From assembly GCA_965112155.1 (NCBI GenBank), contig OZ218101.1: a stretch of 64,000 nt of DNA. The stretch is one strand, 5' to 3'. Within the stretch, counting starts at the first letter, position 1. Every line of letters starts with the position of its first letter. Origin of the DNA: Podarcis liolepis (taxonomy: Eukaryota). Below are positions 39,740-51,646 of the stretch, one piece after another. The translations under genes were made by a program, and so were the position numbers. The notes under the pieces are model-generated. The model had not been told where the DNA came from, did not search any database, and saw nothing but the letters and a program-made list of their open reading frames with translations.

Positions 39740-40400
39740 ACAGAGTATGCACGGCGCTTCCTGCAAAGCAGCTGGTCAGGATTGCGCACGCGCAGTGGCG
39801 GGAATCCAACACCTCCCTCCCCCGAGCTCGCACCGCCTCCCGCTTCGCATAACCCACTGGCCGGGGGTTGGTGGTGGGGGCGGCGGGTGGAACGGAAATG
39901 CTTTCCAGCCGGGGAGTTGCCTGCGCTGCGTCCTCCAAGGCGCTAGGGCGGCGCGCTCCTCCTTGGCCCACTTCCGGCACAGCTGAGTCCTCGAGGGAAG
40001 GTCCTGGGAAGCGGCTTCTGGGGGAGAGCGCTCGGCTGTTTGGCGATGGAGCCTCTGCCGCCGCCGCCGCCGCCGCTGAAGGGGCCGGTCCGAGTCTCGG
40101 CTGCCTCTTTTCCCGCGCTGGCCGCGGGGCAGCCCAGGGCTTTGAGTAGGCCGGAGCCGCCGGGCTCGGGCTCGGGCTGGGAGCGTGTCCGGGAGCTCTT
40201 CCGGCGAGAGTAAGCCCGAGGGTTTTGTTTTGCAAGAATGCGAGGGTCGCCCGGGAAGCGTCAGGCGCCCCCGTCTCCTTGCAGCCAGGCGGGGCGGGCG
40301 CGGGGCTGGCAATGGACGCAAAGGCAAAAGCCCTGCCGAAAGCCCACTCGCATGCCGAGTTGAGTTGTCTCGAGCCTCACACGGGCACTTTCAGCCTCTG
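39740..40400 (+). promoter_or_regulatory. TIMMDC1 CpG-island promoter with NRF1 and ETS/GABP sites
   Basis: TGCGCACGCGCA at 39783-39794 (NRF1 consensus), ACTTCCGG at 39970-39977, GC boxes, high CpG density. Confidence 0.8.
40046..40209 (+). CDS. TIMMDC1: TIMMDC1 exon 1
   Basis: [13 protein letters not shown]...[12 protein letters not shown], donor gtaagc. Confidence 0.88.
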
Positions 40401-43400
40401 TTGATAATGTGGCTTCATTTAACGCTGGCGTTGCATGGTGGGGGGTTCGGGATTTCTGAAACGTGAAGGGGGCTTTTTATGTCCTGAAGACATGAGTTCT
40501 CATCGAAGCATTTTCTCCCGCAGCGAGCTAAATCGGTATCCTGAAGAAACGGTCAATATCATCAAAGCAACGTTCTGCGGGGGCATTGTCGGCATGGTCT
40601 ATGGCGGGGTACCCGGTTTTATAAACTCCAAGAGACGGTACATTGAGCAGAGCCAAGGAGAGATTTTCCACAATCGCTTGGATGCTGCGGTATGGACAGA
40701 TTCCTGGCATGGTAGAGCACACATCAAATCAGTCTTCTCAATAAAGCCGTTACCCAAATCTCCTTAAGTGAGCACACTAGGAGTGCTATGGACACTTGTC
40801 ACTAGCACTTCAAAAAGTTGGTTGTAGAGCTTGGGAAGGGCAACCAAAACTATCAAGAAGCTGGGGCAACTCACCTGAGAGAAATGTTATGGGCTTTTTA
40901 GTTTAGAAAAAGTGCAGGGCATGATAAAGGTGTGTACTTGGTATGGAAAAACTGATTACAGTAGATACAAGTTTTTCCCTTTTCGTATAATGCTAGAACC
41001 TGTGATCATCTGATGAAGCTGAATACTGGAATATTTAGGACAAAAGGAAGTGCTTCTTCACACACCACATAGTTAAGGATGGTATTTGCTGCCAGAAGAT
41101 GTAATATGCCGGGTTATGTGGCTTTACAAGGGGATTATTCATCAATAACAAAGCTGTCGATGGCTACTAGTCATGTTGGCTGCATACTGCCTCCAGTCTT
41201 GTGAGTTGGTGTACCTGTGAATAGCAGGAACATACCGTGGAACATGTGGGAATGTGCCATTGTACTTGTGTTCTGCCTGCAGGCTTTCCATAAAGATTGG
41301 GTTGGCGACTGTGACAACAAGAAACTGGACTTGATGGGGGTAGATTGAGGATCACAGCCAGCGTTTCCATATTGCCTGGGTTAATAGTCTGGATAATATA
41401 ACTGAAGGCAATTAAAATGTTTAGTTCTGAGATGAGTACTGAAAAATCCAGAAATAAAAAAGCAGGTTATCTGCATGTACAAATGAGCTGAGTGGTCCAT
41501 AGTTTTGTCAACAGTAAAGCCTGCTGAATTGTTTCTGGTGCAAGGGTCTAGTCCAGAATCCAGACTATAAAGGCGCAGGTGGGGATGTGCATGCAGAAGC
41601 AAAATAAATAACTAAGTTGTGTGAAATGGGAGATACTGGACTTCTTTGATTCTTTCTGCTTCTAAGCAAATATTTTAGCCCCTATGTAAGATACCTTACT
41701 AGTAGGCCTCTTTTTCTCATTAACCTCAGGAATGGTACATATAAAATGTCATTTGGGGCGTAATAAAAATTGGTAGTGTGGCCTGACAATGTCTTTAAAC
41801 TTTTGTAACTTTCTTGATAGCGAACTGCACATCGTGCAGCAACCAGGGGCTTCATCCGTTACGGTTGGCGTTGGGGCTGGAGAGTTGCTGCCTTTGTGGC
41901 AATATTCAAGTGAGTATGCTTATTCTTGGTTGGAGGAGGCAGTTAATGTACAATAACTGTTCTAAAATGTTACCATTGTCATATCTGTGAGCAGTTAACT
42001 TGCAAGATGAGACAGTTTAAATAGAACCTCTCCTTGTGTCCTTTCCTTCTGACCATCATCACCATCAGATGGTGTAGAGTCTTGTAAAAACAGCTTATCT
42101 ACCCCCAGCCAATCATTAGGCCTTGCATAAGGCAAACCAACCATTTCTGTTCTATCAAAAAAAGCTATGTTGGCATATTGAGAGCTGTGACTGCTTCTCC
42201 TCAGAAGGTCTATAGTCATTCTGTAACATCATAGCAGACCAGCTAATAAGAACTCTCAGGCGACTGGTGAAAAACTCTCTATTTTTCTATTTATATCTGG
42301 GGTGGGACCAGGGTCTGACTGCGGTGCTCTGGGCCTACATTCAACCCTTATGACCCTCCTGAGACCATAATCCCTCCCAAGCTTTTTCCTTGGTTGGAAT
42401 GTATGAATGCTTCCTGGACAGAGGATGGGAGAGGGTATGTTGAGAAAGCTTGCATGTATGGAATGTAGCCTATTAGTGTCCTGTTAGTCATTGTATATTT
42501 TTAAGCTGTAATGACTGTTTTATATAAGATCCAGGGATAGGCTTTATTTTACTTATTTTTTTAGTCTGTCATTTATAATTAAAACTCCAATTATTTAAAA
42601 CTCTTACCTCAGGTAATTGAAATTGTCCTTGAACTTGAAATGGCATACTGTACTCAGTATCCAAATTACAGCCTGCTTTGTACATTATTTTCCCCTCTAG
42701 TTTCCATTAGTAGAAAAAAACATGCATGCTACCACTTGTGAAGTATGTGTTTCACGTTTTGCCATAAATATATGGATCGGGAAGTGTACATTTTTCCTGT
42801 ATGTTGCATGTAAACTTTGTCCTGTGTAGAAAAAGTCACATGTGAAATGATTCTAAATACTCACCGTATCGTCTAAAATGGGAAGAGTTAGCAAAATTTT
42901 TAGTCAAGAACTACAGGCCATTGTTTGGACCACCAGAAATAAAAGTCTTTTTCTTTCATTGGGCAGTTTTCCTTATTAATCCTTGTTTTTCTCACAGCAC
43001 AGTGAGCACTGCTATGTCTGCATACCGTGATAAAAACGCCCTCAGTCACTTTGCCGTTGCAGGAGGTGAGGCGATGATATTTGAATGTTCCGTTTTGAAT
43101 GAGGCAGAAAAGTTGATTGGAGAAAATTAGTTTCAGAGCTCAAGAGTTCTGCTTCTTGGTCTATTAATCTTCACTTTTTGACCCCGATCAAATTCAAAAA
43201 TACGTTTTGTTACTTAAAATGATTTTTTTTTAACCAGGCAGATCTTTGGGATTGGCATTTCTGTCCTGCTGATTTCAGAAAAACTCATTTCCAAATGTGT
43301 ATGCTTATGATGACAGCATTAATATTGCGCAAGCTATAGTGGTTCTTTGGTGAAAGGTTCTTAAAGGATTATAATATTAGAGGATTAGTAAATAATTTAG

Positions 43401-46400
43401 GCTACAATCCTATTCCCAGTTACTTGGTAGTAAGTTCCCCTGAACTCAAGGAGACTTACTTCTGAGTAGATATGTAAAGGATTGTGCTGTCAGTCATGTT
43501 AAATATGAATGGAGAATTGGGAAGCCAGCAAAGGAGAGGCATCTTCTCAGTTTCTCTTTCATTGTGAGGTTTTGCTACTAAATTAATCTTATATTGAGAG
43601 AAGCCATTTTTTGCTAGCTCTGAAAAGTGCTATAAGTGGATACTAATTTGTATTTTTGTACATGCAGAAATTAAATCTTATAATTAAAAACACTTAAAAG
43701 AGAAACTTAATCCCTGCCCTAATTTTTCTGTCTGAGTAAGCTGTCTGCTGTGAAACTGCTATAGTCCTCTGACATAAAAATGGCCCTCTTGAACCGACAC
43801 ATCCAGATTTTTAAAAATATATAATAACTGAGAAAAATCTAAAGGAACAGTTCACCATATCCTGCTTTGTAATCTCCTTTGGTTTCAGCTGAGTTTGTCC
43901 TGAGTCCTACATAAACCTCGCTGAAATTATTAGAGGCTGCACCCTTTTAAAGGTACATTGTCAACCTCTTGCAGATTCCACTTGGCATCTTGTCCGTCTG
44001 TTTTTTTGCAGACCCATTTTTGTAAAGCTATCATGACAACATGAAAGGACAATCTAATTCTCTTCCTAGATATCTTTGGTCAGTACGTAAGAAAATTATG
44101 TGGGAGAGGTCTTTGTTTTATCAACATCTTTTCTCTTTTGTGAAAGCCCCAGAGGTGACCCGTTTTAATGCATTTCTGCATATTATTGAAACTAGTAGTT
44201 TATGACTTGCCAGCATTCCCAGCTTCTGGCTCCACAAATGGAATTAGGAATTCTTCTAATTCATAAGGGAGCATCACAGTACCCAAACACTGCATGGATG
44301 AAGGCAGCAGCTCCTGCTGGTTGCATATACCTAGAAAGAAGTACCAACTTTCCTTTCACAAATGGGAGCCATAACAGTTCTAACTTGAATGTGCTGTTGG
44401 CCACAGCTGCTTATGCCTGACATATGACTGGTATATTATTTCCCCCATAGATGGTAATTGTTATGATTCCTTACAGCACTCAGCTATTGTAATTTGGTAC
44501 CTCTTCACGCTGGTCCTTGACACTTGAGATGTACATTTTTAGGATCCTTTATTGTAACTTGTTTTAATTGGGTTTTCATGTTGCTTTTAAAATTGTTGTG
44601 AGCTACCCTGGGACGTTAGAATGAAGTGTGGGTAATAAATCAATGAATAATGATAATAAGCATAAGCAAAAACCTATAAAATCAGTTGAAACTTTGAAGA
44701 CAGACTGGTTTCTAAGTTGTGCTGACAACATAGACTTCTCATATTGTGTTCTAAAATGAAATAGACATTACAGTTGCTGCAGCATACCCTTTTAAGTGCG
44801 GACGTAACAAACACGTGCACAAGTTTTTTAAGATATGCGTACGGTGCCTGTACATATTTGCTGTAGGAAATACTGATGGTCCCCCCCCAAAAAAAATTAT
44901 AATATTTGGAGCTGCCCGTAGCTGAATCTTTAGTGTGTAGTCCTGGAGCAGAGTCCAGTTTTACAGGACAGGACAGGAAAAGGGGAGGCAGAAGGAATGA
45001 CAAAAAAGCTTTTTCATTGTAGCTGAGACTTCTTGCAAATCTCTTGTGTGTGGTCTGATTCTATTGTTTTTCTTATTTCTAGGTTGTACAGGAGCCTTGT
45101 TCAGAATGCACTTGGGCTTGAGAGGTTTGGTTGGCGGGAGCCTTTTTGGGACGTTGTTGGGGTAGGTTGCTCATAGATGTACAGTACATGTACACACAGA
45201 TGCACTAGGAACCAGAAGTGCTTCCTTTTGTTGGGTGTGATAGTCTGCAGGTGTCATTACAAGGCAGTTTTTGAATCTTGACAGGATTTCCTGCAAACTT
45301 CCTTCTAGCCTTAGACCTCGTCTGTTTTCTCTCTTGCTGCAGAAGGTGGCTATTTTTCTTCCAATTTCCCACTTAGTTTTTCTGCATTCTTCTTAAACAG
45401 AAGTTGATTTTTATTTGCCTGTCTACTAATGTTTAAATAGGTAGAGGTGCTGATTTTTTTTAAAAAAAACACACAAATATATTGATTGCTGTGGTGGGTC
45501 AATTGTTAATTTGGAGGATCCATTGTCCTTTTGTTCTCAGTCAGCTTTTTCAGCCCATCATTTCTTTTCTTCTTGGAGGTGGGTGGGAGTAAATGTTTAG
45601 TAGACATAGGGTCAACATTTAGGGAATCAGTTTAATGGAGAAGACCCACACAGAATTATGTTTTCTAATTATAAGAACAAAACAATAACAGTTAAAAATG
45701 ATGGATTCCCTTTCCAGATTTGGGACACTTTTCTTCACCTCTACTACATCAATAGTTTTGATGTGTGTTGCATGCTGGGTATGGGCAGTAATGTTTAATT
45801 TAAAAAAGACTAAAGGAAGATGGAATGTTCTCTATTTGTGTTTGACAGTAGAATTGAGCTCCTATTTTGCTACTGCTTTTAAAAAAGCCTTCAATCAATC
45901 TTTATTGTGGCCAAAGACCAGACAGCAGAATTAACAATAGCCACATATACTATAGCTTTAAAAAAGAAAATGGATGAATAGGAGAAGGCACAGATGCAAC
46001 TACTGGCAGAGTGACTGGTCCCCCATTGTTTATAAGTAAGAAAGTGCTCCATATGGCAAAATGTACTTCCTGTGTCATCATCTTGCAGTGTACCTGCTGG
46101 AGCATTACTGATGTCAATGCAAAAATTTGCTGGCGAAACCTTGATCGAGAGAAGAAAACGAGAGCAGTGGGAGCTGTATGAACAGAAGCTGGCAGAATGG
46201 TAAGGAACCAGTGCTGTTAGGTTTTAATTATTAACTCTGCTACTGAGCCAGGGTGGATCTGCTCTTCCTCTAGGAGTGCTACACAATGATTTTAGCCATC
46301 TTCCACTAGTGATGTGATATGATGCTCTTGACACTGACCATCAGTCATCTTTTGCTCGTTTTGAATTTTCAACTTTTGCATTTTCTGGAGCTTTTGCTGA

Positions 46401-48071
46401 TATGGAATTGGTAGTTCCATAAAAATCCATATACTGTTGGTGTAATGGGCCCGTGGCTTGATTTTAGCATTATTTGTAGAATCCTCTCAAAATCTATGGC
46501 AATTGACAAATGGCACACTAGCAACAATGGCATTTTCTGGGTATCTTGTGATCTCAAGGGTGGGCTATAGCCATTTTTCTAGCCACCCAGTCCTATTTGC
46601 TAAAGTGGCTAACAGTATAGGTAATTTTAAACATTGAAGGAGCATAGGAGAACTCTATTTCTTCCAGATGTTTTGGACTACAGCACCCATCAGCCTGAGG
46701 TAGCATTGCCTAATGGTCAGGGATGATGGGAGCAATAATCCAGCAACAACTGGAGTGCCCTAGATTGGAGAAGACTGTTCTAGCACCAAGTTAATAATGC
46801 TTTATGGAGCATTCTAATTTATTAGAAAGCATTATTCACTCCCACTTGGTTGTATCACATGTAGTATTTCCCAGCCTCTTCGCTACATAGTTTCTGTATT
46901 AGTTTTCTCCCCTTGTACACTGGTTTTAAAGTTATAACCTGAATAAAAATACAAGAGGGGAAGAACATTTTACAATTATGAACAGCCTTCTAGAGCTGTT
47001 TCCAGATGAAAATTTTATCCTATAGTTTTAATATATTTCTCATATATTCAGTGTCCAGTTTGTTCATTCACTTTTCTGTGTGAACTGATCAGTTTGTCCT
47101 ATGCAGGCATGTGGGCAATGGCAGATACAATGTAGGTGAAAAAGCCCTTTATAGCATTTCATTGAGCCCTATTGAAAGTGTTTCCAGGATGTATGAAGGG
47201 AAGAAAGGGTTGTCTTTAAGAAAAAAATAGTTGTCATGTGGAGGATTGTGTGAAGGAATAGTCTCTGTTTGAAACAATTCGTTACAGACCGTTAATGATT
47301 TGTCAGTGGTAAATGGATTGGCTTCAGCCTAAAATGTTTGTTTGTTTTTTAAAATGTATTTTTATTAAAGATTTCTTAGTGTAAAAAAACACGTGTGTTA
47401 TCTCTTTTTTCAAGTTGTGTTTTCTACAGTTTGGTTTCATTTGTTGTGAGACATTAGTGTTACATACAATGTTAGGTTAGGAAGAAAAGAGGAGGCGAGA
47501 GGGGAAAGGGTGGGTAGGGTGGGGTGGAGTGGTTATGTCTCCATTCTTCTACTTAGTGTATGTGTGGGGTTTTGTGTCAGCGTCACTTGTCTGGGTTCCC
47601 TTACTATTCGCTCGTTGTGTTTCCTTGGTGGGGAGAGAGGTTGGGGTTGGCCTTGGGTGTGGTTGGTTGTCTTTGGGTGGCTGTAGTGAGATTTGTTTTT
47701 GTCAGTGAGCGGTGTGTGTGTGTGTATTTTTGAATCAGGTTAGCCAGATTGATTCGTATGCTGTTGGTGGATTCTTGTCATTGTCTTGTTAGGCTGTGTA
47801 TGTGATAAAGGGGAGCCATACTGGGGTGAAGGCATCTTCTTCTATTTGTCCCTGTGTCAGTTTCAGTTTATTAGTTAGTTTTTCTAATAAGTTTCAGCCT
47901 CCAATGTTAATGGTGATATAAGCATATGAGGTGCAGTTTTGTTTTCCTCTCAGAAGTACAACCATGTTCTTTTTTCTTTTTCTTTTTAGGAGGACCAGGC
48001 TCAGCGTCACTGAAAACATCTCAAAGGAAATGGATGATGTACTTCAGGAAGGAGCTTCTCCCAGATCATGA
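40046..48071 (+). CDS. TIMMDC1: complex I assembly factor TIMMDC1 (Tim17 family), 7 exons, 252 aa
   Basis: join(40046-40209,40524-40689,41821-41909,42998-43065,45083-45161,46089-46199,47990-48071) = 759 nt, open frame. [26 protein letters not shown] and [19 protein letters not shown] match TIMMDC1. Syntenic with POGLUT1 and CD80. Confidence 0.95.
40524..40689 (+). CDS. TIMMDC1: TIMMDC1 exon 2
   Basis: [13 protein letters not shown]...[10 protein letters not shown]...HNRLDAA. Confidence 0.95.
40800..41340 (+). mobile_element. old CR1-type LINE 3' fragment
   Basis: Decayed CR1 ORF2-end sequence (AGGGCAACCAAAACTATCAAG...TTTAGTTTAGAAAA...TTCTTCACAC). Boundaries approximate. Confidence 0.5.
41821..41909 (+). 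CDS. TIMMDC1: TIMMDC1 exon 3
   Basis: [29 protein letters not shown]. Confidence 0.96.
42998..43065 (+). CDS. TIMMDC1: TIMMDC1 exon 4
   Basis: [22 protein letters not shown]. Confidence 0.95.
45083..45161 (+). CDS. TIMMDC1: TIMMDC1 exon 5
   Basis: [25 protein letters not shown]. Confidence 0.95.
46089..46199 (+). CDS. TIMMDC1: TIMMDC1 exon 6
   Basis: [36 protein letters not shown]. Confidence 0.95.
47339..47892 (-). mobile_element. L1/Tx1-type LINE 3' fragment
   Basis: Poly-T plus TTTATT at the left end. Flanking direct repeat TTCAGCCTAAAATGTT / TTCAGCCTCCAATGTT. Confidence 0.6.
47990..48071 (+). CDS. TIMMDC1: TIMMDC1 exon 7 (last coding)
   Basis: Strong polypyrimidine acceptor. [32 protein letters not shown] at 48398-48403. 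Confidence 0.85.
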
Positions 48072-48709
48072 GTGAAAACAAATGTTTTTAGTATTGCACA
48101 CTGGAACGCTTAACAAGTGGTGTTAAAAGTTTTTCTTGTGGCCTGTTGCTCAGTACACAATGGACTCTCTTGAAGAGCTCCTAGGTTTTGTCAGATAAAC
48201 CAGGAACATGGAAAGTTCAGCTTCAGGTGATGACTAGCTCCCTCTTTAGTTGGGAGAGGAATAAGCTTGAATTACTTCTCTGGATAGAGAAAATACAAAA
48301 TTCACTTTTTGGGGATATGCTCTAAGGGATAACATGGGTGTATTCCGAAGGTCTCCAGGGTAAGTTGATTGGTTGAACGGTGGAGTAAATCTAAAACAAT
48401 AAAGAAAAATAATAATTATTTTGAAAGTTCATTGCTATATGAATTCTTGGGTTTGGTGCCACTCTTCTTTTGAATGCAGTACTATAAATCTTAACTTACC
48501 TTTGACCTTACTACGTACCAGGAGACATGGGTGCTGGCGGGGAGCTAGGGCTCCCCCAATATTTCTGAATAAAGCACTGCCCCCCAAGGTCTGCGGCAGC
48601 CATGTGTGCATGCTCATGTCATGTGTTGAAGCTGTGGGGCTTCCACACAACACGTCAGCAAAAATGTTCTGCCATTACAATATAAAACAGCATTGACTAG
48701 CTTTGGTAT

Positions 48710-48926
48710 AAAAAAATTCCTTCCTGTAGCACCTTAAAGACCAACTAAGTTAGTTCTTGGTATAAGCTTTCGTGTGCATGCACACTTCTTCAGATGTGTG
48801 TATCTGAAGAAGTGTGCATGCACACGAAAGCTTATACCAAGAACTAACTTAGTTGGTCTTTAAGGTGCTACAGGAAGGAATTTTTTTATTTTGACTATGG
48901 CAGACCAACACGGCTACCCATCTGTA
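48710..48926 (+). mobile_element. Penelope-like element end with inverted duplication
   Basis: Perfect 88-bp inverted arms (48708-48795 and 48802-48889). 14-bp TSD ACTAGCTTTGGTAT (48696-48709 and 48927-48940). Confidence 0.8.
48800..48837 (+). ncRNA. minimal hammerhead ribozyme motif (Penelope type)
   Basis: GUAU-CUGAAGA-A-GUGUG(CAUG)CACAC-GAAAGCUU-AUAC: catalytic core, stem II, palindromic AGCU in place of stem III, and a 4-bp stem I. Confidence 0.65.
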
Positions 48927-49871
48927 ACTAGCTTTGGTATGTTTCACTTGGAAGGAGTTCCCTTGGAATAAATGAGAAAATAATGGTGATATTGCAGTGT
49001 CCTGCCTCCCTGCCCCTGATGTTCCATGTCCCCAACAGCCATTACTGGGCTGCTCTTTATTAATATACAGTAACCATAAAACATAAACAAAATTAATTAG
49101 TAAATTCAACAATAAAATCTACAACCTCCTTACAACTGCAGCAAGTTAAGTTTCCTGTGGGCTTTAACAGGATACTACCAGTATATTTTTTTTATCGGGT
49201 TGTCAAAATGTTCTGTGCCTACGTGTTTTGTTGAGAATTGTGAAGCTGCACACGCTTTGACTATTTGTTGCTGGTGGTTGTAGTATTTGTATACTGATCC
49301 CCCCCCCACGAGCTCAAGGATGTGTGCATTGTCTTCCACTTCCCCATTTTTATTTTCACAACTGCTCTGTGAAGTAAGATATGCTGAGAGCTGGTAGTTT
49401 AGACACCGAAGTTGTGAAACTACACATACTTAAGAACATTTTCTGCTTTTTATTTATTGGGGTTGACAAACATTTTTTGTTTTGCCATTTTGCTGTAAGT
49501 ATGAAGACTATGAAATGTAGTAGTTAAAACATTGTATTACATGATCTGTGATACAAATATGTATCTTGCTTTTCTACTCAGGAGCCCGAGGTTGTATACA
49601 TTATCCTCTCCTTCCCTCTTTTATCTTGGCCTAGCCTACCTCGCAGGGCTGGTGCAAAGTTAATAAGCAGCAGATCTCTCCATCAGCTTTTGGGGTGTGT
49701 GCAGGGGCCTCACATCACATGCAGTGTACCAGGTCCTGGAAAAACCCTGTTGGCATCCTTGTGTACAATCCCAACTCAGTTGGCTACAGATTTTCAGGAT
49801 TTTTTAAAAGCGCATTCATGCCCAATATACCAAAGTTTGTCCTAAAATAGTGGCATTTCCTGCAGTATAAG

Positions 49872-50596
49872 TGTTACAGAAAAATCTAGGTGCGAGGCTG
49901 CTCAGTCACCCAGCTTGTCGGGCAGAGCCTGTCGGTCCCTGCGGAATAAAGGAAGGAGTCCAGCCACCAATCAGAGCAAATAGCTGTAGACCAAAGTTTA
50001 TTGTGCAGCAGGTTCAAAGAGGAATGGGGTGACAATGACTTTTAAAACTTTCCCACCATATCCAAAATACAGTTTGTATTTTATCATTGCTACATCACTG
50101 ACATGTCACAAAAGGGGAGGAGTAGATGGGTTACACTAGTTTAACCTTGGCAAACATGTCCAGACAAGTCCTTGGTACAAGATTAGCATAAGCAGACATG
50201 TCAGGGCAAGGCCCAGGTATAAGATTAGCATAGGCAAACACCTCTGAGTCCTACCGCCCAAAATACAATAGAACTTCCTTTGCATGTCTGGCAAGTCTGG
50301 TGATGGGATTAGGCTTTCCTTGGCCAACAATCAGCTCAGCAGTTGTCACCTCTGGTCACTTCCTGGGGTAGGAGGTGTGTATACACATCCTCATGCTTGG
50401 GGAGGTGGCAGGGAAAAGAGTCGTTTTTCCAAGGGCAAAATAGTGTTGAAATGGAGGAAACTGGCAAAGGAGTTGATTTTATATGATTGTTAAAGCTAGG
50501 TAACTTCCCTGAGCTGTCAAGTCGAAAGGATACATTTATGCATTATATTTGTAACAACTTTAAAGATGTGCCCCCCCCCCCGTAATTTCTGTAACA
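49872..50596 (-). mobile_element. solo LTR (725 bp)
   Basis: 11-bp terminal inverted repeats TGTTACAGAAA...TTTCTGTAACA, perfect 5-bp TSD ATAAG, AATAAA on the - strand near 50000. Confidence 0.8.
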
Positions 50597-50727
50597 ATAA
50601 GCATACTTGAAATCACAAGTTGCCTTCTGCCCTAAGGGTGGAATGTCTTTGAAAAGATGGTTTTGATGTAGTGAAAACGCTTGGCAATTGTTCTGAAAAG
50701 GGGTTTTTGGCCCCACCTATTTGGGTA

Positions 50728-50962
50728 CGGTGGTACCTCTGGTTGCGAACTTAATCCATTCCGGTTCGTAACCGGAAACCACTCATAACATGAGGCGAGC
50801 TTTCGCTAATGGCACCTCTCACTGCTGCCGCACCCCCGGCGCGCAATTTCTGCTTGCATCCTGGGGCAAAGGTCACAACAAGGGACATCTACTTCCGGGT
50901 CAACAGAGTACATAACCCGAAGGATTCATAAGGAGGACGGTACGTAACGTGAGGTACCACTG
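50728..50962. mobile_element. Tc1/mariner-type MITE
   Basis: TA TSD. TIR CGGTGGTACCTC/GAGGTACCACTG. Confidence 0.8.
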
Positions 50963-51428
50963 TACATGGTAGCTATAATTTGTCACTGTAACCGTTGTAT
51001 CTTGGCTTTCTTTAGTGCTGGAATTCAGCTGTGTACAGAGGTTCTCAGGAAGTCTCCTGTCCAAGCTCTGATGAGAGCATGAACTGCTCAGTTTCTGTAA
51101 GGATTACCAGAAATAACCACAAAATATTTGGGCTTTCTTTTCCTTCCACCATTGCGATAAAACCGTTACCTAGTAGAATACACAGATTTAATGAAACAAG
51201 TGATCCATTTGCCACAAACATCATTGGGGAGGAAAGGAGTAGGATGAAAGCCACAAACCATAATTGGTTTGTGTAAATTGTGGCTGAGTTTTTATGACTT
51301 ATTGTTCATGTCTTTGCTCTCTTCAGGCACTCTTTTTTGCCCATAAGAAAATGAGAATAAAAGGCCTGTTAAATGCAATGAAAGAAAAAAAATCCTAAAT
51401 AATCCAGTTCACTTACTGCACTGGCTCA

Positions 51429-51542
51429 TTTATTAAAAGCCTGAGTCTATATAACCATACATTTCATTAAATAGAATAACCAGGCACAAGTGTGTTTTAT
51501 ATTTGAAGTGCAAAAAAGACAAAAGTTTAACTTTATTTTATT
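51429..51542 (-). terminator. candidate CD80 polyadenylation signals
   Basis: AATAAA on the - strand at 51537-51542, 51532-51537 and 51429-51434, ending an AT-rich, TE-poor ~1.8-kb stretch after the stop. Confidence 0.45.
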
Positions 51543-51594
51543 GGTATAATTGTATAAAAATAGTTTAAAAACAACAACCACCATCTCAGGCTGA

Positions 51595-51595
<1 letters not shown>

Positions 51596-51644
<49 letters not shown>
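51596..51644. repeat. (AC)n microsatellite
   Basis: Directly visible. Confidence 0.95.

Positions 51645-51646
<2 letters not shown>

Noticed and set aside
39687-40327. ~180-aa antisense ORFs over the TIMMDC1 promoter
   Set aside because: Expected stop-poor frames in a CpG island; no domain.
22650-48071. U12 or non-canonical introns in POGLUT1 and TIMMDC1
   Set aside because: All junctions I checked are GT-AG, with no GTATCCTT/ATATCCTT donor.
48708-48889. Palindrome as a miRNA precursor or CRISPR-like repeat
   Set aside because: The arms are a dispersed TE sequence with a TSD, there is no spacer array, and the context is eukaryotic.
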